Shown here: positions 53,402-63,072 of the stretch, one piece after another
Numbering within the stretch: the stretch's first letter is position 1
Layout of the letters: every line of letters starts with the position of its first letter
Source: Longimicrobiales bacterium
GTDB lineage: Bacteria; Gemmatimonadota; Gemmatimonadetes; Longimicrobiales; Gaopeijiaceae
Assembly: GCA_965205005.1 (NCBI GenBank)
Contig: OZ242028.1
Location: 569,250-633,249, forward strand
Length of the DNA: 64,000 nucleotides
Direction of reading: 5' to 3'
Translations under genes and position numbers: made by a program
Notes under the pieces: model-generated
Told to the model about the DNA's origin: nothing
Databases searched by the model: none
What the model saw: only the letters and a program-made list of their open reading frames with translations

Positions 53402-54976
53402 TCAACCCCGATCCACCTCCGGCACGGCCCTGTCCATCTCGGCGGCCACCTCCTGCGGATCGCGCATCTGCGTCAGGTCGAGATCGTAGTTCGGCACCTC
53501 GCGCGGCACGAGCTTCTCCTTGAGCTCGCGGATCTCGCGGCCCGACAGGCCCAGCCCGGCAAGTTCGGCGTTGGTCAGCGCGGCGCCGTCACGCGCCGAG
53601 ACCCCGTCGCCGTCGGCCGCCACCAGGCGGGACAGCGCTGCGATTTCGGCGCCGGTGAGCTTGTCGCCCATGACCTGGTAGTCGATCCAGGCCTCGTAGC
53701 TCAGCGGCGCGACGCGCTTGACCATCCCGGCCATGACCCGCCCGTACTCCTGGATCTCCCACTGGGCGTGGTCGTCGACGCGGAGCGTGAGGAAATGGAG
53801 CAGGTTGTGCAGGTCGATCTTCCAGTACCACTGCGTGTAGGTCGAGAGCGGCAGGTCGATGCGGGCGAGTTCGCGGGCCACGTTCTCGCCCACCAGCCAC
53901 CCGTAGTCGTCGGCCGCCCGGGCGCGGACGTCCTCCCAGCGGCGGATGGCCTCGCCGTAGAACTCGGGGCTGACCGAACCGGGCGCCCGCCCCTGGTTGC
54001 TCGTCGCGCTCTGCAGCGAGAACTGGTCGTGCTCGGGGCTGTAGAAAAGGAGCGGCATGAGGCTGTACCGGCCGCTGTACTCGTTGACCGAGTTGTGGGT
54101 GACAATGCCGTTCGCGACGAAGTTGTGGTGCGGGCCCTCCACCTCAAGGTCGTAGGTTTCGCGTTCGCCCACAAACTCCAGGCGGGCGATGCGGATGAGC
54201 TTGGCTCTGTAGTACCAGGTCCAGTCCCGCTGCTCCGCCGCTCCGTTCACGTACACGAAGTAGTCCCCCTGCCTCCACACCGCCCGCCCGCCGGTTTCCC
54301 TCACTCCGGTCGCCCCGCGGAGCGTGTCCCAGCCCCCGGCAAACAGGAAACGGTGATCCGCCGTGGCCTCGATCGACTTGCCGTCCTCCAGCACCATCCT
54401 GAAGACCGGCTTCACACCGTTGCGGTAGACGTCCACCACACGAGTGTGCTGCATCGCAAGCTTGTCCTCGTCAACCTGCCGGAGCTTCATGCGTTTCACG
54501 CGGTCGCGGCGGAAGAAGGGGTTTCGCTGCTTGTCGGGGCGTGACCTGTTCCGCGTGGGCTGGAACCGCCGCCAGATCTCTTCGATGGGCAGTTTGTACA
54601 GCTGCCGACGCCCACGGGCCTCCGCTCCAGGCAGGTCGAAGTAGACATCAGTGCCTTCTGCCAGACACGCCGTCCGGTGCCGCACCCACTGCCGAGCCAC
54701 GAACATCGGCATCGCGCAGTGAAACTTGAACTCGACCATTTCGGACGGGGTCGTGTGAAGGTGCCGCCGCAGGTACCGGATCAGCCCCCGGGTAGCCGAG
54801 ACCTTCCGCGTCCCATAGCCGTAACTCACGCGCGCCGCCCGCTCCACCGAGTCATCGGTTCCCATGTAGTCGACAAGCGCGACAAAACCGTGGTCGAGAA
54901 CCGGGAAATAGCCGCCCAGAATCTCTTCGGCGGCGGGGACGGTGGGGCGGCGGGTGGGGTGCGAAGTCGGTTCCAT
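53402..54976 (-). CDS. thyX: FAD-dependent thymidylate synthase ThyX, interrupted by a mini-intein
   Basis: Exteins: ...GFVALVDYMGTDDSVERAARVSYG...FVARQWVRHRTA and SVNEYSGRYS...IDLHNLLHFLTLR. Joined, they give the ThyX motif RHRTASVNEYSGRY. ATG 54976 is preferred over the listed TTG 54985. Confidence 0.85.
   Translation of the reverse strand: MEPTSHPTRRPTVPAAEEILGGYFPVLDHGFVALVDYMGTDDSVERAARVSYGYGTRKVSATRGLIRYLRRHLHTTPSEMVEFKFHCAMPMFVARQWVRHRTACLAEGTDVYFDLPGAEARGRRQLYKLPIEEIWRRFQPTRNRSRPDKQRNPFFRRDRVKRMKLRQVDEDKLAMQHTRVVDVYRNGVKPVFRMVLEDGKSIEATADHRFLFAGGWDTLRGATGVRETGGRAVWRQGDYFVYVNGAAEQRDWTWYYRAKLIRIARLEFVGERETYDLEVEGPHHNFVANGIVTHNSVNEYSGRYSLMPLLFYSPEHDQFSLQSATSNQGRAPGSVSPEFYGEAIRRWEDVRARAADDYGWLVGENVARELARIDLPLSTYTQWYWKIDLHNLLHFLTLRVDDHAQWEIQEYGRVMAGMVKRVAPLSYEAWIDYQVMGDKLTGAEIAALSRLVAADGDGVSARDGAALTNAELAGLGLSGREIRELKEKLVPREVPNYDLDLTQMRDPQEVAAEMDRAVPEVDRG
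54092..54667 (-). mobile_element. 192-aa mini-intein inserted in the ThyX signature motif
   Basis: It begins CLAEGTDVYF (block A, Cys1; the codon TGT is at 54665-54667). EATADHRF supplies the TxxH block B. It ends YDLEVEGPHHNFVANGIVTHN followed by Ser+1. No LAGLIDADG or HNH signature was seen. Confidence 0.8.
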
Positions 54977-55081
54977 GGCTCCCAAGCTAACCCGTTGCCG
55001 CCGAATCGGGCGAGACGCGGTTGCGCCCCCTCACGGACCCGAGTATCGGTACCCTCACGACTCCCGACACAAGAGGATCCC

Positions 55082-56809
55082 ATGCCACAGCATGCCCCGA
55101 TGAATCGCGCCGTCACACTCGCTGCGGCAGCCGCCTGCCTGATCCTTTCGTCGTGCGGCCCCCAGCCCGAGCCGGACGTCCCCCGCGGCATGGTCACCGG
55201 CACCACGGGCGCTGCCGCCATCGAAGGCGGCGTCGAAATCCTCAAGGCCGGAGGCAGCGCCGCCGACGCCGCCATGTCGACCGCCCTCACCCAGATCTGC
55301 ATGGCCGCCGGCTCGTGGGTCAGCTACGCGGGCCTCATGACGATGGTCTACTACGACGCCGAAAGCGGCGAGGTCCACAACATGAACGCGGCCTACAACA
55401 CCGTCGCCGCCGAGACCGATCCGCTGTCCATCCCCGGAATCGACCTGACCGCCGGATTCGGCGGCTTCGAGGCCGAGCCCAACGGCCGCACCGTTCTCGT
55501 TCCCGGCTTCATGAGGGGTGTCGAGGCCGCCAGCGAGCGCTTCGGCAAGCTCCCCTTCGGCGACCTGTTCACGTCGGCCATCGCGTGCGCCGAGGACGGC
55601 TTCGAGTATCAGGAAGGCAACGCGGGTCAGTATGTGTTCAGGGAACAAGTGTTGAGCCGTCTGCCCGAAACGAAGGCTGTTTTCACAAAGGCGGACGGAT
55701 CGCCCTACGAAGCGGGCGACATGTTCACCCAGCCCGCGCTGGCCCGAACCCTGCGCATGGTGGCCGAACAGGGCGCGGACTACATGTACGCGGGGCCGTG
55801 GGCCGAAAAGCTCGTCCAGCTGGTCGGCGACATCGGCGGCCTGATGACCGTCGAGGACCTCGCCAACTACGAGGTCGTCTGGAGCGAGCCCGCGCGCGGC
55901 AGCTACCGCGGCTACGACCTGTACGCCCACGGCAGCCCGGCCGAAGGCGGCATCGGCCTGATCGAGGCCATGAACCTCGCCGAACTGGCCGGCGTCTCCG
56001 ACTACGGCCACTACGGCGACTCGCCCGAGGCGCTCTTCTGGCTCACGCAGATCGCGCGGCCGGGCCTCACCTTCGCGATCGGCGGCCAGGAAGCCGCGGA
56101 CGGCATCGCGGCGATGATCGGCAGCGACCTCACCCACGAGACGCGTGTGCGGAAGGAGACCTCGGCGAAGCTCTGGGGCGCGATCCAGGACGGATCGTTC
56201 CCCGGCGTGGTCGTTCCGGAGGGCGCCGCCGCCCCGCACTCGGACGCCGTCGTCTCCATCGACCAGTGGGGCAACATCGCCGCGGTCGTGCACTCCATCA
56301 ACACGGTGAGCTGGGGCACCACCGGAATCTTCGTCGACGGCATCTCGATCCCCGACTCCGGGATCTTCCAGCAGGGCATGATGGCCCAGATCGAGCCCGG
56401 CAGCCGCCTTCCCGACCCCACCAACTCCGGCCTGGTACTCAGGGACGGCAAGCCGTTCATGGGGTTCAGCTCGATCGGCTCGGGGCTCCACCAGCGCACC
56501 ATCGGCGGCCTGCTGAGCGTGCTGGACTTCGGGCTCACCCCGCGCGAGGCCGTCGACAAGCCAGCGCTGGGCTCGTTCTCGTTCAGCGCGCTCGGAGAGG
56601 GCGCGTCGGGCCCCGCCGGACTGGACGTGGGAGTAGGCGACTACCCCCCCGAGTTCATCGCCGAGGTCGAAGCGATGGGCCAGCCGATCGCGGAGAACGA
56701 CGCCACCAGGGGCTACTGGATCGCGATCATGATCGACCCGGAGACCGGCGACCTGCACGGGGCGTCGATCCGGGGACTCGAGTTGGGCGGGCGCGCGGTC
56801 GGGTATTGA
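55082..56809 (+). CDS. Gamma-glutamyltransferase family lipoprotein
   Basis: MPQHAPMNRAVTLAAAAACLILSSC lipobox. GGSAADAAMSTALTQ at the N-terminus. VSIDQWGNIAAVVHSINT (region of the autoprocessing nucleophile). Confidence 0.8.
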   Translation: MPQHAPMNRAVTLAAAAACLILSSCGPQPEPDVPRGMVTGTTGAAAIEGGVEILKAGGSAADAAMSTALTQICMAAGSWVSYAGLMTMVYYDAESGEVHNMNAAYNTVAAETDPLSIPGIDLTAGFGGFEAEPNGRTVLVPGFMRGVEAASERFGKLPFGDLFTSAIACAEDGFEYQEGNAGQYVFREQVLSRLPETKAVFTKADGSPYEAGDMFTQPALARTLRMVAEQGADYMYAGPWAEKLVQLVGDIGGLMTVEDLANYEVVWSEPARGSYRGYDLYAHGSPAEGGIGLIEAMNLAELAGVSDYGHYGDSPEALFWLTQIARPGLTFAIGGQEAADGIAAMIGSDLTHETRVRKETSAKLWGAIQDGSFPGVVVPEGAAAPHSDAVVSIDQWGNIAAVVHSINTVSWGTTGIFVDGISIPDSGIFQQGMMAQIEPGSRLPDPTNSGLVLRDGKPFMGFSSIGSGLHQRTIGGLLSVLDFGLTPREAVDKPALGSFSFSALGEGASGPAGLDVGVGDYPPEFIAEVEAMGQPIAENDATRGYWIAIMIDPETGDLHGASIRGLELGGRAVGY

Positions 56810-56835
56810 GGCACACATCCAGCACGGAGGAAGGC

Positions 56836-57762
56836 ATGAACAGGCGCGTTCTGGCAGCAGCGGGTGCGGCGGCGGTCGTGGCCCTGGTTTCAGGTTGTAC
56901 CGGGCCCCCGTCCGGAGACGTGGACCAATCGGTAGGCTCCGCATCTGGTGCCTTCGAGATCTACGACTCCGAGACCTTCGTGATGACTTCGACGAACGTC
57001 GGAGACGACTTTCTCATCGGCGTCAGTCTGCCCGCGAGCTACGGAACCGGCGACCAGTCCTACCAGCTGGTCTACGTGCTGGACGCCAACATCTCGTTCG
57101 GAATGACGGTCGAGATCGCCCGCCTGCACCAGATGGATCTGATCCGGCCGGGCGTCCCGGAAATGGTGCTGGTCGGAATCGGCTACCCGGACCCCTATCG
57201 CGTCGGTACGCTGCGCGCCCGCGACCTGACCCCGGAAGGGTCGCTGTCGGACGAACTCCATCAGCTTCTGCGCTCGGCTCCGGTGTTCGACGGCCTCGGA
57301 GGCGCGGCCGAGTTCCTGCGCTTCATCGAAGACGAACTGCACCCCCGCATCGTCGAGAACTACCGCGTCGAGACCGAGGGCGTCGCGATTCTGGGCGATT
57401 CGTTCGGCGGTCTGTTCACGGCCTACGCCTTCCAGCAACGGTCGCCCGTCTTCGACCGCTACTGGATGGGCAGCCCCGGGCTCCTTCCCGCCAACGAACT
57501 GCTGGAGGGACTGCCCGCCGCGATCGCACAGGGCTTCGACCGCGAAACGCGCGTGTTCATCACGCTCGGCGAACTGGAGGAGACGGGGGCCGTGGACATC
57601 TACAACGACCTCGCAGTGGGCACGCGGCGCCTCATCGAGGTCTTCGATGCGAATCCCGCTGACAACCTGACCGTGACGTCAAAGGTGTACCCGGACGCCA
57701 CGCACATCACCACGGTGCCCCCGGCGCTCACGGACGCGTTCACGGCGTTGTTCATGAACTGA
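56836..57762 (+). CDS. Alpha/beta hydrolase (putative esterase family) lipoprotein
   Basis: MNRRVLAAAGAAAVVALVSGC lipobox. GDSFGG nucleophile elbow (GxSxG). Confidence 0.7.
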   Translation: MNRRVLAAAGAAAVVALVSGCTGPPSGDVDQSVGSASGAFEIYDSETFVMTSTNVGDDFLIGVSLPASYGTGDQSYQLVYVLDANISFGMTVEIARLHQMDLIRPGVPEMVLVGIGYPDPYRVGTLRARDLTPEGSLSDELHQLLRSAPVFDGLGGAAEFLRFIEDELHPRIVENYRVETEGVAILGDSFGGLFTAYAFQQRSPVFDRYWMGSPGLLPANELLEGLPAAIAQGFDRETRVFITLGELEETGAVDIYNDLAVGTRRLIEVFDANPADNLTVTSKVYPDATHITTVPPALTDAFTALFMN

Positions 57763-57770
57763 GGGATCAA

Positions 57771-58004
57771 ATGTCCAAGCGATCGAGGCCTCCCGGGAGC
57801 CGCGCCTGCGTCGTCGAGCGCCGCGGAAAGCCGGTCGTCGAGATTCGTCCCGTGGAGCGCCGCGTCGTCACCGTGCGCGAGTTCGTCGCGCTTTTCCCCA
57901 CAGGGGCTCGCCGACCTGCCGACGAAGAGTATCTGCGGGCAGTGGAAGACGGGATCGCCTTCCTCAACCGGACGGAGATTCCGGAGAGTCCGTGGGACTC
58001 CTGA
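57771..58004 (+). CDS. Phd/YefM-like antitoxin (77 aa)
   Basis: VVERRGKPVVEIRPVE matches the Phd/YefM N-terminal beta-strand pattern. It overlaps a PIN-like stub by 13 nt. Confidence 0.55.
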   Translation: MSKRSRPPGSRACVVERRGKPVVEIRPVERRVVTVREFVALFPTGARRPADEEYLRAVEDGIAFLNRTEIPESPWDS

Positions 58005-58042
58005 TCGACTCGAGCGTGCTGATCGCGGTGGAGTACTTGTGA
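57992..58042 (+). pseudogene. 16-codon remnant of a PIN-domain (VapC-like) toxin gene
   Basis: GTG GGA CTC CTG ATC GAC TCG AGC GTG CTG ATC GCG GTG GAG TAC TTG TGA reads (M)GLLIDSSVLIAVEYL*. This is the typical VapC N-terminus with the first catalytic Asp, stopping 6 nt before the convergent typA stop. Confidence 0.4.
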
Positions 58043-58048
58043 ACTGAC

Positions 58049-59956
58049 TCACAAGCGTCTGGTCCGCGCCGCCTTTCGCCGCCTGCTCGCATCCAGTTCC
58101 CGTTTTCGCAGCCGGATTGCGTCCGGGGTCACCTCGATCAGTTCATCGTCGTCGATGAAGCCCAGCGCCTGCTCCAGCGTCATGCGCCTCGGCGGCTCGA
58201 TGCGTACGGCATCGTCGGCGGCGGTGGTGCGCATGTTGGTGAGCTTCTTGGTGCGGCCGATGTTCACGTCCATGTCGCCGGGCCGCGCGTTCTCGCCCAC
58301 GATCATGCCGCCGTAGCAGTCCAGTCCCGGCTCGACGAACATGGTGCCGCGCTCCTGCAGCCCGAAGATCGCGAATGCGACGGCCTTGCCGAGGCGGTCC
58401 GCGACCATTGCGCCGCTGCCGCGGCCGCGAATCGGCCCCGCCCAGCTGTCCCAGCGGTCGAAGCGGTGGTGGAGGATGCCGTCGCCGCGCGTGTCGGTGA
58501 GGAACTCGGTGCGGTAGCCGAAGAGGCCGCGCGCGGGGACGCTGAACTCGAGGCGGGTCGTGCCGGAGTCGCCGACTGGCTTCATGGCGGTCATCTCGCC
58601 GCGGCGGCGCGCAAGCTTCTCGATCACGGTCCCGGCGAGCTCCGACGGGACTTCGGCCACGACCTCCTCGAAGGGCTCCAGCGTTGTCCCGTCGCCACTC
58701 GTGCGCGTGATCACCCTGGGCCGCGAGACCTGGAACTCGTAGCCCTCGCGCCGCATGGTCTCCATCAGGATCGTGAGGTGGAGTTCGCCACGGCCGCTCA
58801 CCGCGAAGGTGTCCGGACGGCCGGTGTCCTCGACGCGCAGCGCGACGTTGCGCTCGAGTTCGCGACGCAGGCGGTCGCGCAGCTGGCGGGTGGTCACGTA
58901 CTTCCCGGCGCGGCCGGCGAAGGGGGAGTCGTTGACCACGAAGTCGACCGAGATCGTCGGTTTCTCGACGGTGATGCCACGCAGGCGGTCGGGGAAGCGC
59001 GGATCGGTGAGCGTATCGCCGATCTCGACGTCCTCCGCGCCCGCCAGACCGACGATGTCGCCCGCCCGCGCCTCTTCGATGTCGACGCGGTCCAAGCCGC
59101 TGAACGTGTAGAGCCCCGTCACTCTCGCGCCCTGCGCGTCCGCGCCCGCACTTCGCTCCGCACCCGCACCTCGCACGGCGCCCGCAGTTCGCCCGGCATG
59201 CTCACCGGTTGGCGCGAGCCGCAAGACCCGCTGACGCATCCGCACCGCGCCCCGCTCCACCCGCCCGATTGCGATCCGTCCCACGTACGACGAGTGGTCC
59301 AGCGTCGAGACCAGCATCTGAAACGGTCCGTCCGCGTCCACGGCCGGCGGCGGAATATGCTTCACCACCGCTTCGAAGAGCGGCGTCAGGTCGTCCCCGC
59401 CGGTGTCCGGTTCCGCCGCGACCCAGCCCTCCCGCCCCACCCCGTAGAGAAACGGCGCGTCGAGCTGGTCGTCGCTGGCCTCCAGGTCCATCAGCAGTTC
59501 CAGCACTTCGTCGTGGACCTCCTCCGCACGCGCGTCCGCGCGATCCACCTTGTTGATCACGATCACCGGCGCCAGACCGAGCGCCAGCGCCTTGCGCGTG
59601 ACGAACCGCGTCTGCGGCATCGGTCCCTCGGCGGCATCGACCAGCAGGAGCACGCCGTCGACCATGCGCAGGATGCGCTCGACCTCGCCGCCGAAGTCCG
59701 CGTGCCCGGGCGTGTCCACGATGTTGATCTTGGTCCCGTGCCACGCCACGGCCGTGTTCTTCGCGAGGATCGTGATGCCTCGTTCGCGCTCCAGCGGATT
59801 GGAATCGAGGATCCGCTCGCCCACCTCCTGCCCTTCGCGAAATACCCCCGCCTGCCGGAACATCTGGTCGACCAGCGTGGTCTTGCCGTGGTCCACGTGC
59901 GCGATGATCGCGATGTTGCGCAGCCGCATGGGATCGCCGGAGTGATCGGCCTGCAT
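58049..59956 (-). CDS. typA: Translational GTPase TypA/BipA
   Basis: [37 protein letters not shown]. The start is either ATG 59956 ([14 protein letters not shown]) or ATG 59929. Contains a ~25-30-aa Ala/Gly/Arg-rich insertion in domain II. Confidence 0.9.
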   Translation of the reverse strand: MQADHSGDPMRLRNIAIIAHVDHGKTTLVDQMFRQAGVFREGQEVGERILDSNPLERERGITILAKNTAVAWHGTKINIVDTPGHADFGGEVERILRMVDGVLLLVDAAEGPMPQTRFVTRKALALGLAPVIVINKVDRADARAEEVHDEVLELLMDLEASDDQLDAPFLYGVGREGWVAAEPDTGGDDLTPLFEAVVKHIPPPAVDADGPFQMLVSTLDHSSYVGRIAIGRVERGAVRMRQRVLRLAPTGEHAGRTAGAVRGAGAERSAGADAQGARVTGLYTFSGLDRVDIEEARAGDIVGLAGAEDVEIGDTLTDPRFPDRLRGITVEKPTISVDFVVNDSPFAGRAGKYVTTRQLRDRLRRELERNVALRVEDTGRPDTFAVSGRGELHLTILMETMRREGYEFQVSRPRVITRTSGDGTTLEPFEEVVAEVPSELAGTVIEKLARRRGEMTAMKPVGDSGTTRLEFSVPARGLFGYRTEFLTDTRGDGILHHRFDRWDSWAGPIRGRGSGAMVADRLGKAVAFAIFGLQERGTMFVEPGLDCYGGMIVGENARPGDMDVNIGRTKKLTNMRTTAADDAVRIEPPRRMTLEQALGFIDDDELIEVTPDAIRLRKRELDASRRRKAARTRRL

Positions 59957-59979
59957 GACCTGCCCGGACGGCCGTCCCG

Positions 59980-61329
59980 CTACCGGCTCCCCGCGGCGTC
60001 GACGCGGGTGAACGTGTACGTCCCGATCGGCTCGTTTGAGAACGGACTGACCCCCCTGAGGCTCCTGATCGGCTGCCTGGGCGACGAATCCGCGTTGGGC
60101 GAACGGTAGCTGGGCCCGTCGTCCGTGCCGGAATCGTAGGGGTAGAGGACGACCTCCAACTCGTCCACCCACTGTCCGAACTCGTCCTGCATGGACCGGC
60201 CCGCAACGCCCACGAACCAGTCGGGACTGGGCGCGATCATGGTGACCAGTGTAATGCGCGGGTAGTCGAGGCTGAGTCGAACGCTGTTGATGGTGGTGCT
60301 CGCCGGGCTGCCGATCCCGCGGCCGTTGACGACCGAGAGCGCATGTCCGGGGATATGCGCGCGGATCTCCCGGGTCAGGATGCTCGTCCCGCCGGTCTCG
60401 GCCATCTGTTCCATGCCGTCGCTCGCGATTTCGCCCGAGGTCCAGAAGCTCACGCTGTCGTTGTGGACCGCTCCGATGAGCGGCGAGAAGTGCGGGCCCG
60501 GCGGGAAGTCGGTCGGGTGGGTCGTCGCGCTCCAGGTGGCGTTGAAGACGACCCGGTAGACGGCGGTGTCCGTCGGCACGGGGACCTCTCCCGCGACGGC
60601 CTTGACCTCGGCGGAGACGCCGTCGGCGACGGAGGCAACAAGCGACTGAACCCCCGAGACCTCGCCGAGCGTCCAGCTGGTGCTTGCCATCCCGGCCGGA
60701 CCGGTGACGACCGAAGCCGGGTCGGCGGCGCCGTGCCCCTCGGCCGCGGTAAAGGATACCGTGACGTCTGCGACGGGCGAGCCGCCCGCGTCGTCGATAC
60801 GCACGACGACGGGTTCGGGCAGCGCGCGCCCCGCAAGGCCCTCCTGCGCACCTCCCGACGTGACCGCCACCGCCGCGGGCAGCTGTTCGACCGCGACCGA
60901 GGCGGTGCCGCTGAGGTTCTCATAGGACGCGGTCAGCGTTCCCGTGCCGTTTGCGACCGCGGTTACGACACCGGCAGCCACGCTGAAGACACCCGGGTCG
61001 CCGCTCGACCAAGTGACCGTCCCGGGGAACGACACGCCGTTCTGGTCGGTGATCTGCGCCCGGAAGGTCGCGGTCTCGCCGAGCGACGCCAGAGTCGCGG
61101 ACGAAGGCGTGACGGTCACGGTGGTGGGCCGGGAGGGCTCGATTCGCATGATCGACTCTTCGTTGACACAGCCGGCAGACGCGGCGAGGGCGAGCACCGC
61201 GTATCCGCCGCGGACCCCAAGTCGAGCGCCCGTGCAGCGATCCCGGCGACGAACCCGGTCCCTGCCCGCGCTTTGAGCGCGGAGATGACCTCGGGCCCCC
61301 GCGGCTTCCACTTGCTTTGCCATTCCCAA
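59980..61329 (-). CDS. Lipoprotein with Ig-like (Big_2-type) domains and a C-terminal spondin_N-like domain
   Basis: VLALAASAGC lipobox. Two Ig-like repeats (TVTPSSATLASLGETATFRAQITDQNG...). The C-terminal FNATWSATTHPTDFPPGPHFSPLIGAVHN is the spondin_N pattern. Confidence 0.65.
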   Translation of the reverse strand: MGMAKQVEAAGARGHLRAQSAGRDRVRRRDRCTGARLGVRGGYAVLALAASAGCVNEESIMRIEPSRPTTVTVTPSSATLASLGETATFRAQITDQNGVSFPGTVTWSSGDPGVFSVAAGVVTAVANGTGTLTASYENLSGTASVAVEQLPAAVAVTSGGAQEGLAGRALPEPVVVRIDDAGGSPVADVTVSFTAAEGHGAADPASVVTGPAGMASTSWTLGEVSGVQSLVASVADGVSAEVKAVAGEVPVPTDTAVYRVVFNATWSATTHPTDFPPGPHFSPLIGAVHNDSVSFWTSGEIASDGMEQMAETGGTSILTREIRAHIPGHALSVVNGRGIGSPASTTINSVRLSLDYPRITLVTMIAPSPDWFVGVAGRSMQDEFGQWVDELEVVLYPYDSGTDDGPSYRSPNADSSPRQPIRSLRGVSPFSNEPIGTYTFTRVDAAGSR

Positions 61330-61334
61330 AACTC

Positions 61335-62885
61335 CTACCAGGCGTGCCCCTTTCCGGGCGTTGAAAAGATCCTCTCATAGGGCAGAGTGTCCAGATCGAC
61401 GACCCTGCCGTCACGTATCACCACTTCGAGCGCCCGGATGTTCCCGATCTCCTCCAGCGGGTCGGCCCCCAATACCAGGACATCGGCGTACTTGCCAGCC
61501 TCCAGCGTCCCCAGTTCGTCCAGCATCCCGCTCGCGATGGCCCCGTTGCGTGTAACCGCCACAATCGCCTCCATCGGGGTCATCCCCAGTTCCACCAGCC
61601 CCTCCGTAGCGATGACGCTACCGATCCCGAACGACTGGTTCTCCAGCTTCTTCTCCCGCCGCAACTCGGGCGCCGTGCCCAGGTAATTGTCCGTTCCGAT
61701 GGTGGTCACGCAGCCGCCGGCGATCAGCTTCTCCGCGTTCCTGCGGCGGACTTCAAGGGGCTCGCCCCACACTCGCCGCTCGGCCCGCAACTCGGCCGAG
61801 GTCTTCTCCAGTCCGGTGCGGCGGCGGGCATCGGCTTTGTCCGACGTTTCTCCCCCTGCCTGCGCGCGTGCGTCGAGGTGCCGTTGCCACGCAGGCCCCG
61901 CAATCGTGTTCGAGATCATCGCGCAGACGATCCCCCGCTCGGCGATCTCGGCAACCAGCGCGTCCGGCATCTTGTCGGTCAGCGCCTCCGGGTGCTGAAT
62001 CAGGTCGAGTCCGGCGCGAACCGAAAGCCACAGTCCCTCGACCGAGGTTGAGTGAGTCTCGGCGATCAGCCCGCGTTTGTGGGTCTCTTCCACCAGCACG
62101 CGCTGCGCCTCGGGCGAAAAACCGATCATCACGGGGTTCGAGAAGTGGCCCGTGCCGCCGTACTTGATGAAATCGGGTCCCAGGTCGAGGTACCGGTTGA
62201 CCGCATCCCGGAGGTCCGCCAGTTCCATCTCCATCCACTCCTCGCCCGACCCCTGGGTAATGAAGTCGTTGAACTGCTCCTGGAAGAGGGTCAGCCCCTC
62301 TTGCCTCGTCAGCGAGAACGAGACCGAGTACGGGCCTCCCCAGCCGACGATGTTGCCCGCGACCAGCATGCGGGGCCCCACCGTGTCGCCGCGTGCAACG
62401 GCGTCGCGGACCCGCATGAGGGGCAGGAGCGAACCGTAGCTGTCCCGCACGGTCGTGAAGCCGTGCTTGAGCTGCATCTGGGCGGCCTCCAGGGCCAGCG
62501 CCGCATTCCGGGGTGCGTAGCGTACGATGGTCTCGTGCAGCGAGAGGTAGCGGTCGGCGGGACCCGATCCGTACAGCGACAGGTGCACGTTGCTGTCGAT
62601 GAACCCGGGGGTGACGTGTCTGCCCGTCCCGTCGATTACGCGAGCGCCATCGGGGACCGTCACCGCGCCGCTCGGGCCCACCGCGGCGATGCGATCACCT
62701 TCGATCAGGAGCGAGCCATTCACGAGTGGCGGACCGCCGTTGCCGTCAATGATCGTCGCACCGACGATGGCGAGGGCCGACCCGGTGGCCTGCGCCCCGG
62801 TGCCTGCAGGGACGCACAGAACCGGTGACGCAGCCAAGGCGATGGCAGCGGCAGCCTTCAGTGGAATCGTGATTCTGGCGATCAT
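61335..62885 (-). CDS. Amidohydrolase family secreted protein
   Basis: Trimmed to MIARITIPLKAAAAIALAASPV (signal). GFIDSNVHL, IGTDNY, YADVLVLGADPL. Confidence 0.8.
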   Translation of the reverse strand: MIARITIPLKAAAAIALAASPVLCVPAGTGAQATGSALAIVGATIIDGNGGPPLVNGSLLIEGDRIAAVGPSGAVTVPDGARVIDGTGRHVTPGFIDSNVHLSLYGSGPADRYLSLHETIVRYAPRNAALALEAAQMQLKHGFTTVRDSYGSLLPLMRVRDAVARGDTVGPRMLVAGNIVGWGGPYSVSFSLTRQEGLTLFQEQFNDFITQGSGEEWMEMELADLRDAVNRYLDLGPDFIKYGGTGHFSNPVMIGFSPEAQRVLVEETHKRGLIAETHSTSVEGLWLSVRAGLDLIQHPEALTDKMPDALVAEIAERGIVCAMISNTIAGPAWQRHLDARAQAGGETSDKADARRRTGLEKTSAELRAERRVWGEPLEVRRRNAEKLIAGGCVTTIGTDNYLGTAPELRREKKLENQSFGIGSVIATEGLVELGMTPMEAIVAVTRNGAIASGMLDELGTLEAGKYADVLVLGADPLEEIGNIRALEVVIRDGRVVDLDTLPYERIFSTPGKGHAW

Positions 62886-63072
62886 CCGTGTTGCCTCCGG
62901 CGGAAGCGGGTGCTGCATGGTGAAGGCGGCAAGCTAGCCGAATTGCTCGTCGATTGCATGCCGGAATGGCCGGCGGCCAGCCCGCCGTCGTCGACCGGCC
63001 CGCTTGCCCCACTGCGCGGTTCTCGCCATATGACAGAGCGATTCACACGAACACTCAAGCCCGAGCACCGCC

